Assembly (NCBI GenBank): GCA_028702135.1
Contig: JAQVPJ010000010.1
Location: 3,114 to 67,113, forward strand
Source of the DNA: Eubacteriales bacterium
GTDB lineage: Bacteria > Bacillota > Clostridia > Oscillospirales > CAG-382
Direction: 5' to 3'
Length of the DNA stretch: 64,000 nt
Of this stretch, positions 54,114-63,235 are shown piece after piece; the stretch's first letter is position 1; each line of letters opens with the position of its first letter. The position numbers and the translations under genes are program-made. Below the pieces are notes generated by a model. The model worked only from the letters and a program-made list of their open reading frames with translations, was not told the origin of the DNA and did not search any database.

Positions 54114-54635
54114 TCAATCTGTGATCGCTATATACTTTATATCGGTTATAGTATCGTTTACAACGATTATCTCAAGGTTTGTTTTGCCTCGTTTATAGGT
54201 ATAAAAACCGTTCTTTTCCTCGTAATCATCCGGTAAGGCTGTTTTTACTTCAGAGAACTTATCGCCGATGCAGATTCCCTCTTTGGTTTCGACGCTGTCG
54301 TCAAGCAGTTTGATAATATATATATAATCCGTCCCGTCCTTCGGATATGTGTTTATCTCGAAGCTGTTGTAGACATAGAATTTGTCTACTCCCGAAAAAG
54401 CGCAGGAAGGGGACTCGAAATAATTTTTCGCCTCTCCGAGTGAAGAAATAACAGGCGCAGCTTTGCCGTTAGGCCTGATTTTCAAGTCGTTATAAATAAA
54501 TTCAAAGCCCTCTATGGATTCGGATGCCCCGGTAATTGCCACTGTCGACGAATTGCCGGAGGAAGTATCCGTATTATTATCCCCGCAACCCGCGAGCAGC
54601 AGGGCAAGGCAGATGATTATTGCTGTTTTTCTCAT
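54114..54635 (-). CDS. Small lipoprotein of unknown function (last gene of the Dlt-like operon)
   Basis: The start at MRKTAIIICLALLLAGC gives a lipobox and follows the RBS gaggag. It begins 4 nt after the upstream stop. No motif was recognised. Confidence 0.55.
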   Translation of the reverse strand: MRKTAIIICLALLLAGCGDNNTDTSSGNSSTVAITGASESIEGFEFIYNDLKIRPNGKAAPVISSLGEAKNYFESPSCAFSGVDKFYVYNSFEINTYPKDGTDYIYIIKLLDDSVETKEGICIGDKFSEVKTALPDDYEEKNGFYTYKRGKTNLEIIVVNDTITDIKYIAITD

Positions 54636-54639
54636 AGAT

Positions 54640-55725
54640 TCAATTCTCCTCATCGATTGTTTCAGGTTTTGCGCCAAAGCTCTTCAGATAACCGTATTCC
54701 ATAAGCTCTTCTTCCTGCTTTTGCTTCATATCATAATAGAACTCTTTTTTGGATTCCCAGATTTCATTTAATTGGGCGTCGTTTCTTCGGTCCCCGATGC
54801 CGTATTTCTCGCTGAGAATTTTACCGAAATATCTCGTGAGCTTCTCCGCACCCGAAAGATTAAGATGAAGTCCGCCGTCGTAGGTGTCGGTGCTGTTATC
54901 AATTCCTGTTTCCTCAGAGAGGTTCAGGAAGTTGATGTATTCTATTTCGTTCTCTTTTGCATAATGCACCATCTGTTCATCCCACTGCTCATACCAGTAG
55001 GGAAAAACACTGGGAGCTTTCATCAGAATAAATCTTATCCCGTTATCCTTGCACAACTTAGTCATCCTGTCAAGGTAATCATAACAGGTATCGCTGAAAC
55101 GGTAATCAGGCAGTGCGTCACCCTTTGGCACATAGTTTACAGGCTTGATATCCGCTCTCATGAGAAAACCGTTGTGGGAAACTTTATCCCTGCACATCAG
55201 ATATTTAAAATCCTCCGCTTGAAGCTCGCTCCACCTCGAATGATATCTGAGAATCGGGAAAAGGTAGGTGATAGGCTCCTCATCGTCCATCATAGATGCC
55301 TTTACGGCGTTGATTTTAGAAGCCGAAAATCTCATTCCGTCGAGGGTGAGACGATTGTATTCCTCCTTGTGGGGTGTGTCGCTTTTCATGGATAATACGT
55401 TGAATACGACGACATCGGGTTTTTCGTAGGTCAGCGTCTCCTCGAGCAAATAATAAGACTGCCAGATAAGCTGCTCCGCGCTGCCGCGTATATAGCTTGT
55501 GATTCCGTAGTTTTCCCAGAGAGTGACCGGAGAGATATTTGAATACACCTCGCAGTCACCTATAAAGATAACGTCGTGATCCTTTTTTTCACTATAATAC
55601 TCGGCGATCAGATTACCCTCGCGTATTGAAGTCATATACTTGGGCATAAGCAGGCTTTGAACCAAATAGAGAAGTATCAGTATAACCAACAGGACTATTG
55701 AATTGACGATAACTTTCTTTTTCAT
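54640..55725 (-). CDS. Membrane-anchored SGNH-like protein (DltD/AlgJ-like position)
   Basis: An N-terminal TM helix is followed by VIFIGDCEVYS, which is block-I-like but has Cys where the GDS Ser is expected. Late DGGLHLN (a block-V-like D...H) is present. It lies directly downstream of the MBOAT gene. Confidence 0.55.
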   Translation of the reverse strand: MKKKVIVNSIVLLVILILLYLVQSLLMPKYMTSIREGNLIAEYYSEKKDHDVIFIGDCEVYSNISPVTLWENYGITSYIRGSAEQLIWQSYYLLEETLTYEKPDVVVFNVLSMKSDTPHKEEYNRLTLDGMRFSASKINAVKASMMDDEEPITYLFPILRYHSRWSELQAEDFKYLMCRDKVSHNGFLMRADIKPVNYVPKGDALPDYRFSDTCYDYLDRMTKLCKDNGIRFILMKAPSVFPYWYEQWDEQMVHYAKENEIEYINFLNLSEETGIDNSTDTYDGGLHLNLSGAEKLTRYFGKILSEKYGIGDRRNDAQLNEIWESKKEFYYDMKQKQEEELMEYGYLKSFGAKPETIDEEN

Positions 55726-55734
55726 GACTACCCT

Positions 55735-57339
55735 CTAAAACCGGCTGTATATAAACTGTGCCGCATCGTAACCCACACCATATGCACCGAAGACGATGAT
55801 TGACAAAAACAACGCAAAGTTGACGCAATAACTCACAAAAGGCTTTTTTGCTATTTTTTCGCGTATGCTCCCCGTACGCTGTGCCAAGCTGACCGCAAGC
55901 AGTAATCCTACCGCGGCAATGATTACGATATAGTCGGGTACGGTGAGCCCGAGCTTCATAAAGCCGCCCTGAAGTAACTCCCTTATATTGAGATTGGTAA
56001 AAACGGTTCCGACCATTCTGAAGGTTTTGCCGACACCGGGGTAGCAATCGAGAGTTCTTAAGAAGCACATCAGCCAGAAAGTGCGGACGACTTGAAATAA
56101 ACGGAAAATAAAAGTATGAGAAATATGGTACCTCCCGTGGAATCTCTCATATAAAGGTGAAAGCTCGTGTGACACTACGATAACGACGGCGTTGAGCAAT
56201 CCCCATACTACGAAGTTCCAGGAAGCGCCGTGCCATAAACCTGTTGTAAACCATATAAGCAGTGTTGAGACATATACCGGCACTCTTTTTCCCACAGGCT
56301 TTCCGAACTTATCTTTGCAGAACTTTGAAAGACGGGTGACAGGCTTGCTCAGGGAAACCGGATAATACATATAGTCTTTAAACCATGTGCCGAGCGTTAT
56401 GTGCCACCTTCTCCAATATTCCGCAATGGATTTTGAGAAGAAGGGTCGGTTGAAGTTCTCTGCTTGCCGTATTCCCAGAGCCTGTGATATTCCCAATGTG
56501 ATATCAATGCCTCCGCTGAAATCGGCATATAGTTCAATCGCATAAAAAAGCATTCCCAAAAGAACAAACACGCCCGTAAATTCCTGCGTGTCTCCTATTA
56601 TGGTTTTAACGGCTACATACAGACGGTCTGCGATAACAAGCTTTTTAAAATATCCCCAGAGAATTCTCTGAAATCCGAATGATATATTCTCCCGGTCGAG
56701 TGAATGCTCCTCAAAAAGCGTCTTTTTCAAATCATCGAAACGGCTGATAGGTCCCTGAACCAATTGAGGAAAGTAGGAGATAAAAAGCGCAAATTTTAAA
56801 AAGTTGCTCTCGTATTTGTATTTTTCTCTGTATATGTCAATAAGATACCCCGCACTTTGAAAAGTGTAGAAGGATATTCCGAGAGGAATAATGAAGTTCT
56901 TTACGGGCAAGCTCCATTCGGGGTTGAATATTTTTGCGACGGAATTTATGTTTGATATCCCAAAATCCGTATATTTGAGTACCGCAAGAATTCCGAAAGA
57001 GAACAAAAGGCATAATAAAATCCATCTTTTCCGTATGGATTTTATCCTCTGTCTGTATTCTTTTATTTCTTCCTTTGAGAGAGCATCCTTGTTGGATGCC
57101 AGGTACTCAGCTTGTTTTGACGAAAGGGAATTTAGCTTCCGGCCGGTAAAAAAGGTCGAAACTGTAGTCGCCAGCATATATATGCCGTACTTAATACCGA
57201 CGAAACTGTAGAACACATAGCTTGCAACAAGAAGCAGCATCCATTGAAAGCGTTTGGGTATCAGATAATAAACTGCAAAAAGCACAAGCAGGAACAGCAA
57301 AAAGCTGTAAGAAGTAAACTGCATACTTACACCGTTCAT
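55735..57339 (-). CDS. MBOAT-family membrane O-acyltransferase (DltB/AlgI-like)
   Basis: 534 aa and polytopic. WRRWHITLGTWFKDYMYYP and GLWHGASWNFVVWGLLN (MBOAT His region). ATGA overlap with the carrier-protein gene. Confidence 0.85.
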   Translation of the reverse strand: MNGVSMQFTSYSFLLFLLVLFAVYYLIPKRFQWMLLLVASYVFYSFVGIKYGIYMLATTVSTFFTGRKLNSLSSKQAEYLASNKDALSKEEIKEYRQRIKSIRKRWILLCLLFSFGILAVLKYTDFGISNINSVAKIFNPEWSLPVKNFIIPLGISFYTFQSAGYLIDIYREKYKYESNFLKFALFISYFPQLVQGPISRFDDLKKTLFEEHSLDRENISFGFQRILWGYFKKLVIADRLYVAVKTIIGDTQEFTGVFVLLGMLFYAIELYADFSGGIDITLGISQALGIRQAENFNRPFFSKSIAEYWRRWHITLGTWFKDYMYYPVSLSKPVTRLSKFCKDKFGKPVGKRVPVYVSTLLIWFTTGLWHGASWNFVVWGLLNAVVIVVSHELSPLYERFHGRYHISHTFIFRLFQVVRTFWLMCFLRTLDCYPGVGKTFRMVGTVFTNLNIRELLQGGFMKLGLTVPDYIVIIAAVGLLLAVSLAQRTGSIREKIAKKPFVSYCVNFALFLSIIVFGAYGVGYDAAQFIYSRF

Positions 57340-57566
57340 TCATTATTCTGCAAACGCTCTATCAAGCAAAAAAGTGCTTTTGCAGAATTAAAATTCTCGG
57401 GAACGATCTCCTCCACAGGGATGGTTATGTCAAACTCATCATTGATTTCGGCAATAAGCGTCACAATGTCAAAGGAATCGATTATATTGTTGTCTATGAG
57501 CTTATCGCTGTTTTCAAAATCAACCTCAGGATGAAGCTCGCTTAAAATTCCGATCAATCTTTCCAT
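57336..57566 (-). CDS. DltC-like aminoacyl carrier protein
   Basis: 76 aa. IIDSFDIVTLIAEINDEFDITIPVEEI parallels the recalled DltC sequence LLDSFGTVELLLAIENRFDI, with the phosphopantetheinyl Ser in DSF. Confidence 0.8.
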   Translation of the reverse strand: MERLIGILSELHPEVDFENSDKLIDNNIIDSFDIVTLIAEINDEFDITIPVEEIVPENFNSAKALFCLIERLQNNE

Positions 57567-59090
57567 TTATTTTCTTCCCGTTTCTCTTATATATTTTTCC
57601 CTTAACTCCTTGCGGTCAACCTTTCCGCTCAGGGTTACGGGCAAGCTTTCAAGATGCAAAACTACGTTCGGTATCATATACCTCGGAAGCTTTTCTTTTA
57701 TAACGGAGATAATATAATTCTTTGAAGCCTCGCCGGTATAATAGAGCACGAGCTTTTTACTGTGTTCGTCGAATATACAGCATACGCTTCCGGCACTGTC
57801 TGCTGTGCTTGCAGCGAGCTCTATCTCACCGAGCTCGATTCTGTATCCCATATGCTTTATCTGATTATCCCTGCGGCTTATAAATAACAATTCTCCGTTT
57901 TCGTTGTATCTTCCTAAATCACCCGTGCGGTAGATTAGCTCGGGATAAAGGTCATTGAGCGGGTTTTGTATAAAAACCTCGCCAGTTTTATCAAAATTCC
58001 CGTAATAACCAAGCGTAAGCGCAGTGCCTCTTATGCAGATTTCTCCAAGCTGTCCCGGCTCAGGGACTTTTTTATTCTCATCTAAAAGGATTATTTCCGT
58101 GTTTCTGAATGGTATTCCGACCGGAATAACTTCGTCGTGTTCAAAATCGCGCTTTATTTCATAATAGCATGAGAAACCTGTAGCCTCCGTGGGACCGTAA
58201 AGGTTAAAATATCTGACTTCAGGAAGGTATTTTCTAAAGATTTGAAGGTGCTTTGGAGGGAAGAACTCACCGCCGAACGTTATGGTCTTCAGGTATTTCG
58301 GCAAAACCTTTTCGAAAACCTTAAAAGTTGATAATACAGTAAGAGCAGAAGCAACCCAGCAAATCGTGTTGATTCTGTTTTCGTTCAGATACTCCGCAAG
58401 TTTAATCGGGAACATAAAAAGCTTTTTCGGAATAAGGTAAGCGGTTGCACCGGTTTTTATTACTGAAAAAACATCTTTCAGGCAGCCGTCAAGATAAAGC
58501 GGAGCCTGATTTCCGAACACGGTTTCACTGTCAAAGCCGATTGCTTCGGCGAGATTGTCAAGATAATCTATTACTGAACGGTGACAGGCGGCGACACCTT
58601 TTGGTATCCCCGTCGAACCTGAGGTGTAGACCACATAAACAGGATCGGTATCTATCTGCTTGTCCTCTATGCGGCGAAGGATATTATCATCCGCCGCTGT
58701 TTTTATTATATCTTCATATATATATATATTTCCGCTAAAACCATATTCTTCAGAAATGGGAAAGGTTTCTTTATCACAAAGGACAGTTACTGATTTAAGG
58801 CTTTTCAGTATCAGCTCTATACGTTGTTTAGGCATCTCCTCGTCTATGGGGATATAGTGGCATCCCGCATATATAACGCCTAAAAAAGCGGTTATGGTTC
58901 CCGGATGTTTTCCCATAAAAACAACAATGGGTTCTTTTGTGAAACCCTTAACGCCAAAAAACGTTCCTATCGCTCGTGCGTTCTCATATACCTGACGAAA
59001 GGATAACTCCTCGAAGTCATCCGCAAAAGCGATTTTTTCGGGAAATACCTTCACTGTGTGTTCAAGATACTCCAAAATGCTTTTCTGCAA
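57567..59090 (-). CDS. Stand-alone adenylation enzyme (DltA-like carrier-protein ligase)
   Basis: AMP-binding core motifs YVVYTSGSTGIPKG, YGPTEAT, YRTGDLG and GKVDRK. The 507-aa size resembles DltA. Confidence 0.85.
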   Translation of the reverse strand: MQKSILEYLEHTVKVFPEKIAFADDFEELSFRQVYENARAIGTFFGVKGFTKEPIVVFMGKHPGTITAFLGVIYAGCHYIPIDEEMPKQRIELILKSLKSVTVLCDKETFPISEEYGFSGNIYIYEDIIKTAADDNILRRIEDKQIDTDPVYVVYTSGSTGIPKGVAACHRSVIDYLDNLAEAIGFDSETVFGNQAPLYLDGCLKDVFSVIKTGATAYLIPKKLFMFPIKLAEYLNENRINTICWVASALTVLSTFKVFEKVLPKYLKTITFGGEFFPPKHLQIFRKYLPEVRYFNLYGPTEATGFSCYYEIKRDFEHDEVIPVGIPFRNTEIILLDENKKVPEPGQLGEICIRGTALTLGYYGNFDKTGEVFIQNPLNDLYPELIYRTGDLGRYNENGELLFISRRDNQIKHMGYRIELGEIELAASTADSAGSVCCIFDEHSKKLVLYYTGEASKNYIISVIKEKLPRYMIPNVVLHLESLPVTLSGKVDRKELREKYIRETGRK

Positions 59091-59091
59091 A

Positions 59092-60732
59092 TTACTCTAA
59101 CACCTCGTCCATGTTAAATTCCTCGGTCGGTGTCCTGGGGTATGAATCCATATCGAAAACATAATAGTTAATTCCGCGTGACTGCGTAAGAGCCGCAACC
59201 TGATCGTCCGTAAGCATGAAGGTGGGCTTGAAATCCAAAAAGTTGCAGGTGTCAAAATGGTACCAGCCGCTTCCGCAGTTGACCAAATTCCAATAATGGT
59301 TGGAGCTGCCCCCGACTCTTGTAACCTTCATGTTATCGATATTTACTCTGTTGAGCATAACCTCCGACACAATATAATAAGTGAAACAGTCTCCGAAACC
59401 GGTGGTTATCCCCTCATGTGCTTCTTTTATCCAGTCCGTAATACCGGCATGACTTTCGTATCTTATATTTCCTCTTATCCAGGTATAAATCGCATACGCC
59501 TGTTGCTCTTTTGTCATATCTTCGGTCAGGATTTCATCAAGAATACCATCGACAAGCTCATTTAACGCATCCTCCGAAACCGTTTCCTTTATTACTGTAA
59601 CCTTAATTGATTTGGAGCTTGTGTTTCCGCTGCTGTCAGTGGCGGTATAGGTAACGCTGTAAGTGCCCTCTTTTGTAATGTCCACATTGCTGCTGTCTAT
59701 GTGCAATTCGACCTCGGAATCCTTGTTGTCCTTTACGAACACATCCTTTTTATAGGCGACCGCTTTACCGATATAAACACTTTTATCGTTAAGTCCGTAT
59801 ATTTCGGGAGGCTCGGTGTCTTTTTTTACGGTTAAAATAGCTGTTTTTTCGGTTGTGTTTTTGAATGAGTCTTCAATTATTATTACAACCTGACGTATTC
59901 CGGTCGAGGAAAAATCGGGTTCCGACTTAAAATAAGCGGAAACCTCTGAGGCGTCGTTTATATCGGTTATAAACGTCAAGGCTTCGATCGGCTCGTTCAA
60001 CCATGCTTCACAGTTGATTGTATTCGCTTCGGGTGGTGTTGTGTCGATGACCTCGATCCTTACGGGTACGGTTTTGCCGCCGTATAAAACATTGACGATG
60101 TGTACCGCCGGTTTTTTTGTGTCTATTGTCGAAATGTCTGTTTCAAACGATAGGGGAACACCGTCATTCAGTGAAAAATCAGCAGCGTTTATATTAAGCA
60201 CGATGCCAGCCTCAACTTGAACCGAGCTTCTGACATTGACGATATCAATTGTCGCGGATAACTCCTTTTTATTGTCACAGAGATCGCGCAACACAAGCTC
60301 TACCTGCTGTACGCCTGTTTTTGTAAAATCCGGTTTTTTTATATATTCAACCGTAATATCAGTCGCATCGGTTACGTTATAAACGAACTCGCTCGCTTCA
60401 ACCTCTCTATAAATGGGTGAAACAAGATTTACTGCTGTCGCCTCCGGCGGAATCGTATCAACTATTTCAAGGGTGGAATTAAAAATCCTGTCGCTTACCT
60501 TTAACTCAATGTTATATGTGCCGGGTTTTTTTAAGTCGAGAGCTGAAATATCCGACACAAAGTCGCCTTTTAAACAACTGTCAAGCAAGAAATCATTTAT
60601 TGTCACTTCCGAGCCGGCTTCTATCGTTACCTGTTCCTTAACCTTCGGCTTAAACGAATCGAATACGAATAACTCCAATGCGACAAGTATAATAAAAATT
60701 ACAATCAAAAAAAAGGTTTTCTTGTTAATCAT
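59092..60732 (-). CDS. Membrane-anchored surface protein with five Ig-like modules and a C-terminal transglutaminase-like (Cys-His-Asp) core
   Basis: An N-terminal TM helix is followed by alternating repeat modules (VTIEAGSEV...PPEA and VQVEAGIVL...PPEA, plus two ...DFxxTG... modules and one HYR/DUF5011-like module). The C-terminus reads GFGDCFTYYIV...SNHYWNLV...WYHFDTC. Confidence 0.65.
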   Translation of the reverse strand: MINKKTFFLIVIFIILVALELFVFDSFKPKVKEQVTIEAGSEVTINDFLLDSCLKGDFVSDISALDLKKPGTYNIELKVSDRIFNSTLEIVDTIPPEATAVNLVSPIYREVEASEFVYNVTDATDITVEYIKKPDFTKTGVQQVELVLRDLCDNKKELSATIDIVNVRSSVQVEAGIVLNINAADFSLNDGVPLSFETDISTIDTKKPAVHIVNVLYGGKTVPVRIEVIDTTPPEANTINCEAWLNEPIEALTFITDINDASEVSAYFKSEPDFSSTGIRQVVIIIEDSFKNTTEKTAILTVKKDTEPPEIYGLNDKSVYIGKAVAYKKDVFVKDNKDSEVELHIDSSNVDITKEGTYSVTYTATDSSGNTSSKSIKVTVIKETVSEDALNELVDGILDEILTEDMTKEQQAYAIYTWIRGNIRYESHAGITDWIKEAHEGITTGFGDCFTYYIVSEVMLNRVNIDNMKVTRVGGSSNHYWNLVNCGSGWYHFDTCNFLDFKPTFMLTDDQVAALTQSRGINYYVFDMDSYPRTPTEEFNMDEVLE

Positions 60733-60781
60733 AAGCCCGTCTTAACTTTCTTCAGAAATAAAAATATTTATAAAAGCAGGA

Positions 60782-61876
60782 TTATATCCAGCACTGATTG
60801 TCGTCCAGATCGAGGGTAAATATGCTTTCTTCATCCTGCTCAAATTTCGCCTGATGAAACTTGAAAACGACTTTGTTCCCCTCGGGATTTCCTATAATCT
60901 CGATTTTTCCTTTTTCGTTGGACAGTATATAGCGGAAGCACTTTGCCTGACCGTTCAGAAGCTTCCTTGTTTCCGAAATGATTTTGCAGCCTTCTTTTAT
61001 AGGTACCTGGAATTGATTCTTGACACCTGCGACAGGTCTGCATTGAAATATGTAGTAGGGAATTACGCCGATGCTTACAAGACTGTTCAAAAGCTCCGCC
61101 ATTATTTCGTGATTGTTATTAACACCCTTTAACAGTACGGTCTGGTTTTTTACAATAACACCTATATCCGTCAGGCATTTTATCGCCTTTTTGGATTCCT
61201 CGGTAATCTCCTTAGGATGATTATATTGTGTTACTACGTAAATTGCTTTCTTTTTATTGTATTTTTTCAGTATTTCCAGCAGCTCGCTGTCATCATATAT
61301 ACGGGACGGTAATACGACGGGTGTCCTCGTGCCGAACCTTATCAAGCGTATGTGCTCCATCCCGGAAAAAGCTTTAAGATAAGCTTCTATCTCCCGATTG
61401 CTTAATAAAAACGCATCACCACCCGTTATGAGTACGTTGTTTATCTCTTTTCTTGCCTCTACATATGATATGTTTTCGCTAAAGCGTTTGCTAATCTCCT
61501 TGTCGCTTATACCGACAAGCCTTTTGCGAAAACAATGTCTGCAGTAAGTAGCGCATTTGTTAGTGGCTAAAATCAATGCGGTCTGCTTGTATTTATGCTG
61601 CAGTCCGACCATAACAGTATTGCTTTTTTCACCGCTGGTATCAAAGCTGCCGCTTATATCCGTTTCTGCGATAGATGGGATGCACAGCTTGCTCAGTGCG
61701 TCATTTTCGTTATTGGGATCTATCAGTGAAAGATAATATTTTGATATAGACATCGGATAAAGCTTGACAATGTTTTTGAGCCTGGCAGCCTCCTCATCGG
61801 ACAAATCCCAATGAAAATAATCCGAAAGCTGTTCTTCCTCTGTTATGTTTTCTTCTAATTCCTTCTGCCAATCCAT
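60782..61876 (-). CDS. KamA-family radical SAM / PLP aminomutase (not lysine-type by active-site residues)
   Basis: CATYCRHC cluster, YYLSLIDPNN, ITGGDAFLL and NQTVLLKGVNN. PYYIFQCR stands where clostridial lysine 2,3-aminomutase has PYYIYQCD. The start at MDWQKEL follows the RBS aggag. Confidence 0.8.
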   Translation of the reverse strand: MDWQKELEENITEEEQLSDYFHWDLSDEEAARLKNIVKLYPMSISKYYLSLIDPNNENDALSKLCIPSIAETDISGSFDTSGEKSNTVMVGLQHKYKQTALILATNKCATYCRHCFRKRLVGISDKEISKRFSENISYVEARKEINNVLITGGDAFLLSNREIEAYLKAFSGMEHIRLIRFGTRTPVVLPSRIYDDSELLEILKKYNKKKAIYVVTQYNHPKEITEESKKAIKCLTDIGVIVKNQTVLLKGVNNNHEIMAELLNSLVSIGVIPYYIFQCRPVAGVKNQFQVPIKEGCKIISETRKLLNGQAKCFRYILSNEKGKIEIIGNPEGNKVVFKFHQAKFEQDEESIFTLDLDDNQCWI

Positions 61877-62104
61877 TGTTTTGCTTCTCCTCTGTGCAGG
61901 TGGTTGCGAGACTGTTTGTGTGTATTCAATCATTTCGGAACCGCATAATTACAATTCTATATTATAAGCGTATGACTTGTTATTGTCAAGATTACCGTTG
62001 ATAATTTGTATTGGTTGTTAAGCCGTTTTATTATAAAAAAATAAAAGCTTTTTATCACAGCGAGGATTTAAGCATATAAATGATAATAAACGAGGATGAT
62101 TTAT

Positions 62105-62602
62105 ATGCCGAAAATAATGAATTACAACAGAGAAAACGTAGTTAAATACGCTGAAAAATGGGCTTTAAGACGCAATCCGGGATATTATGATTTTTCAAAT
62201 CTCGGTGGGGACTGCACGAATTTTTGTTCCCAGTGCCTGTACGCGGGCAGTGGAATAATGAACTATACGTCGGTTCACGGATGGTTTTACAGCAGTGCAG
62301 AGAAAAGAACACCGTCGTGGACGGGAGTGAATTTTCTATACAATTTTCTGACGACAAACAAAAAACGGGGTCCCTTTGCCGTGCAAACGGATATTGAGAA
62401 AATAGAAGTCGGGGACATAATTCAGCTCGGAAACTCCAAAAAAGGTTTTTATCACAGCCTGGTCGTCACGCTGATAAACGGAGTACCGAGCGAGGGCACA
62501 ATATATATTTCCACACATACAATGGACTTTTTCAACCGTCTGCTCAATCAATATATTTATGAGAAAATAAGATTTCTTTCTATCGGCGGAGTTTATGTTT
62601 AA
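62105..62602 (+). CDS. Putative amidase-domain protein (Amidase_6 / NlpC-P60-like Cys-His)
   Basis: YNRENVVKYAEKWA...GGDCTNFCSQCLYAGS...GWFY...SWTGVNFLYNFL...GDIIQL...YHSLVVT. Confidence 0.6.
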   Translation: MPKIMNYNRENVVKYAEKWALRRNPGYYDFSNLGGDCTNFCSQCLYAGSGIMNYTSVHGWFYSSAEKRTPSWTGVNFLYNFLTTNKKRGPFAVQTDIEKIEVGDIIQLGNSKKGFYHSLVVTLINGVPSEGTIYISTHTMDFFNRLLNQYIYEKIRFLSIGGVYV

Positions 62603-62761
62603 GCGTATATTTTTATACCGAAAAGCTTGACATAAAATAATAATTATGTTACGATTAAAAAATATAAAGAATCCTTTTTTTGGATATCCTTTATTTAAAA
62701 CGGACACCATAATTCGTGGCGAATAAAATAGTGTAGGGGAAGCGATTTGCTTTCCGATCGG

Positions 62762-62832
62762 AGCAGTATCCTGCTTTTTAAAATTTAACCTTTTAGAGTG
62801 GAGAGCTTCATTTGAAGTTGACCGCTCTTTTT
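62762..62832 (+). promoter_or_regulatory. Two consecutive terminator-like hairpins in the spacer before the V-ATPase operon
   Basis: agcag/ctgct followed by TTTT (62762-62779). gagtgg...gcttca / tgaagt...ccgctc followed by TTTTT (62796-62832). They lie downstream of a candidate TTGACA-17-TACGAT at 62627-62655. Confidence 0.4.
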
Positions 62833-62884
62833 ATTTATAAAGTACGGTCGATATATAGTAAAAGAATGGGAGGAAAAAGGAAAA

Positions 62885-63202
62885 ATGGTCTCTAAAACTA
62901 TAGATCTGATACTGTCTTCCGAGAAGGACGCGGCGGAAAAATTGGAAGTGGCACATAAGAATGCCGAGCAGCTGATAAAGGATGCAGACGAAAAGGCAAA
63001 AGAAATTTTCAACAACAGCAATGTAACTGCGAAATCAGAAACAGAAAAAATAACAAAAAAAGTTAAAAATCAGACTGACGATATTTTTGAGGATTTTGCA
63101 AAAAAGACCGGGCTTGAAATCGCCGGATTGAAAAAACAAGCCGAAAACAATAAGGAAAGAGCAATTAATTTAGTTATAAATAAAATAATTTCGGGACAAT
63201 AA
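62885..63202 (+). CDS. V-type ATPase small peripheral-stalk subunit (G/NtpF-like)
   Basis: 105-aa K/E-rich predicted coiled-coil. It is the first gene before the subunit I gene, as in ntp operons. The assignment is by context. Confidence 0.5.
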   Translation: MVSKTIDLILSSEKDAAEKLEVAHKNAEQLIKDADEKAKEIFNNSNVTAKSETEKITKKVKNQTDDIFEDFAKKTGLEIAGLKKQAENNKERAINLVINKIISGQ

Positions 63203-63235
63203 ATATCTGCCTTACGGGAAAAGGGAGGTGCAATA

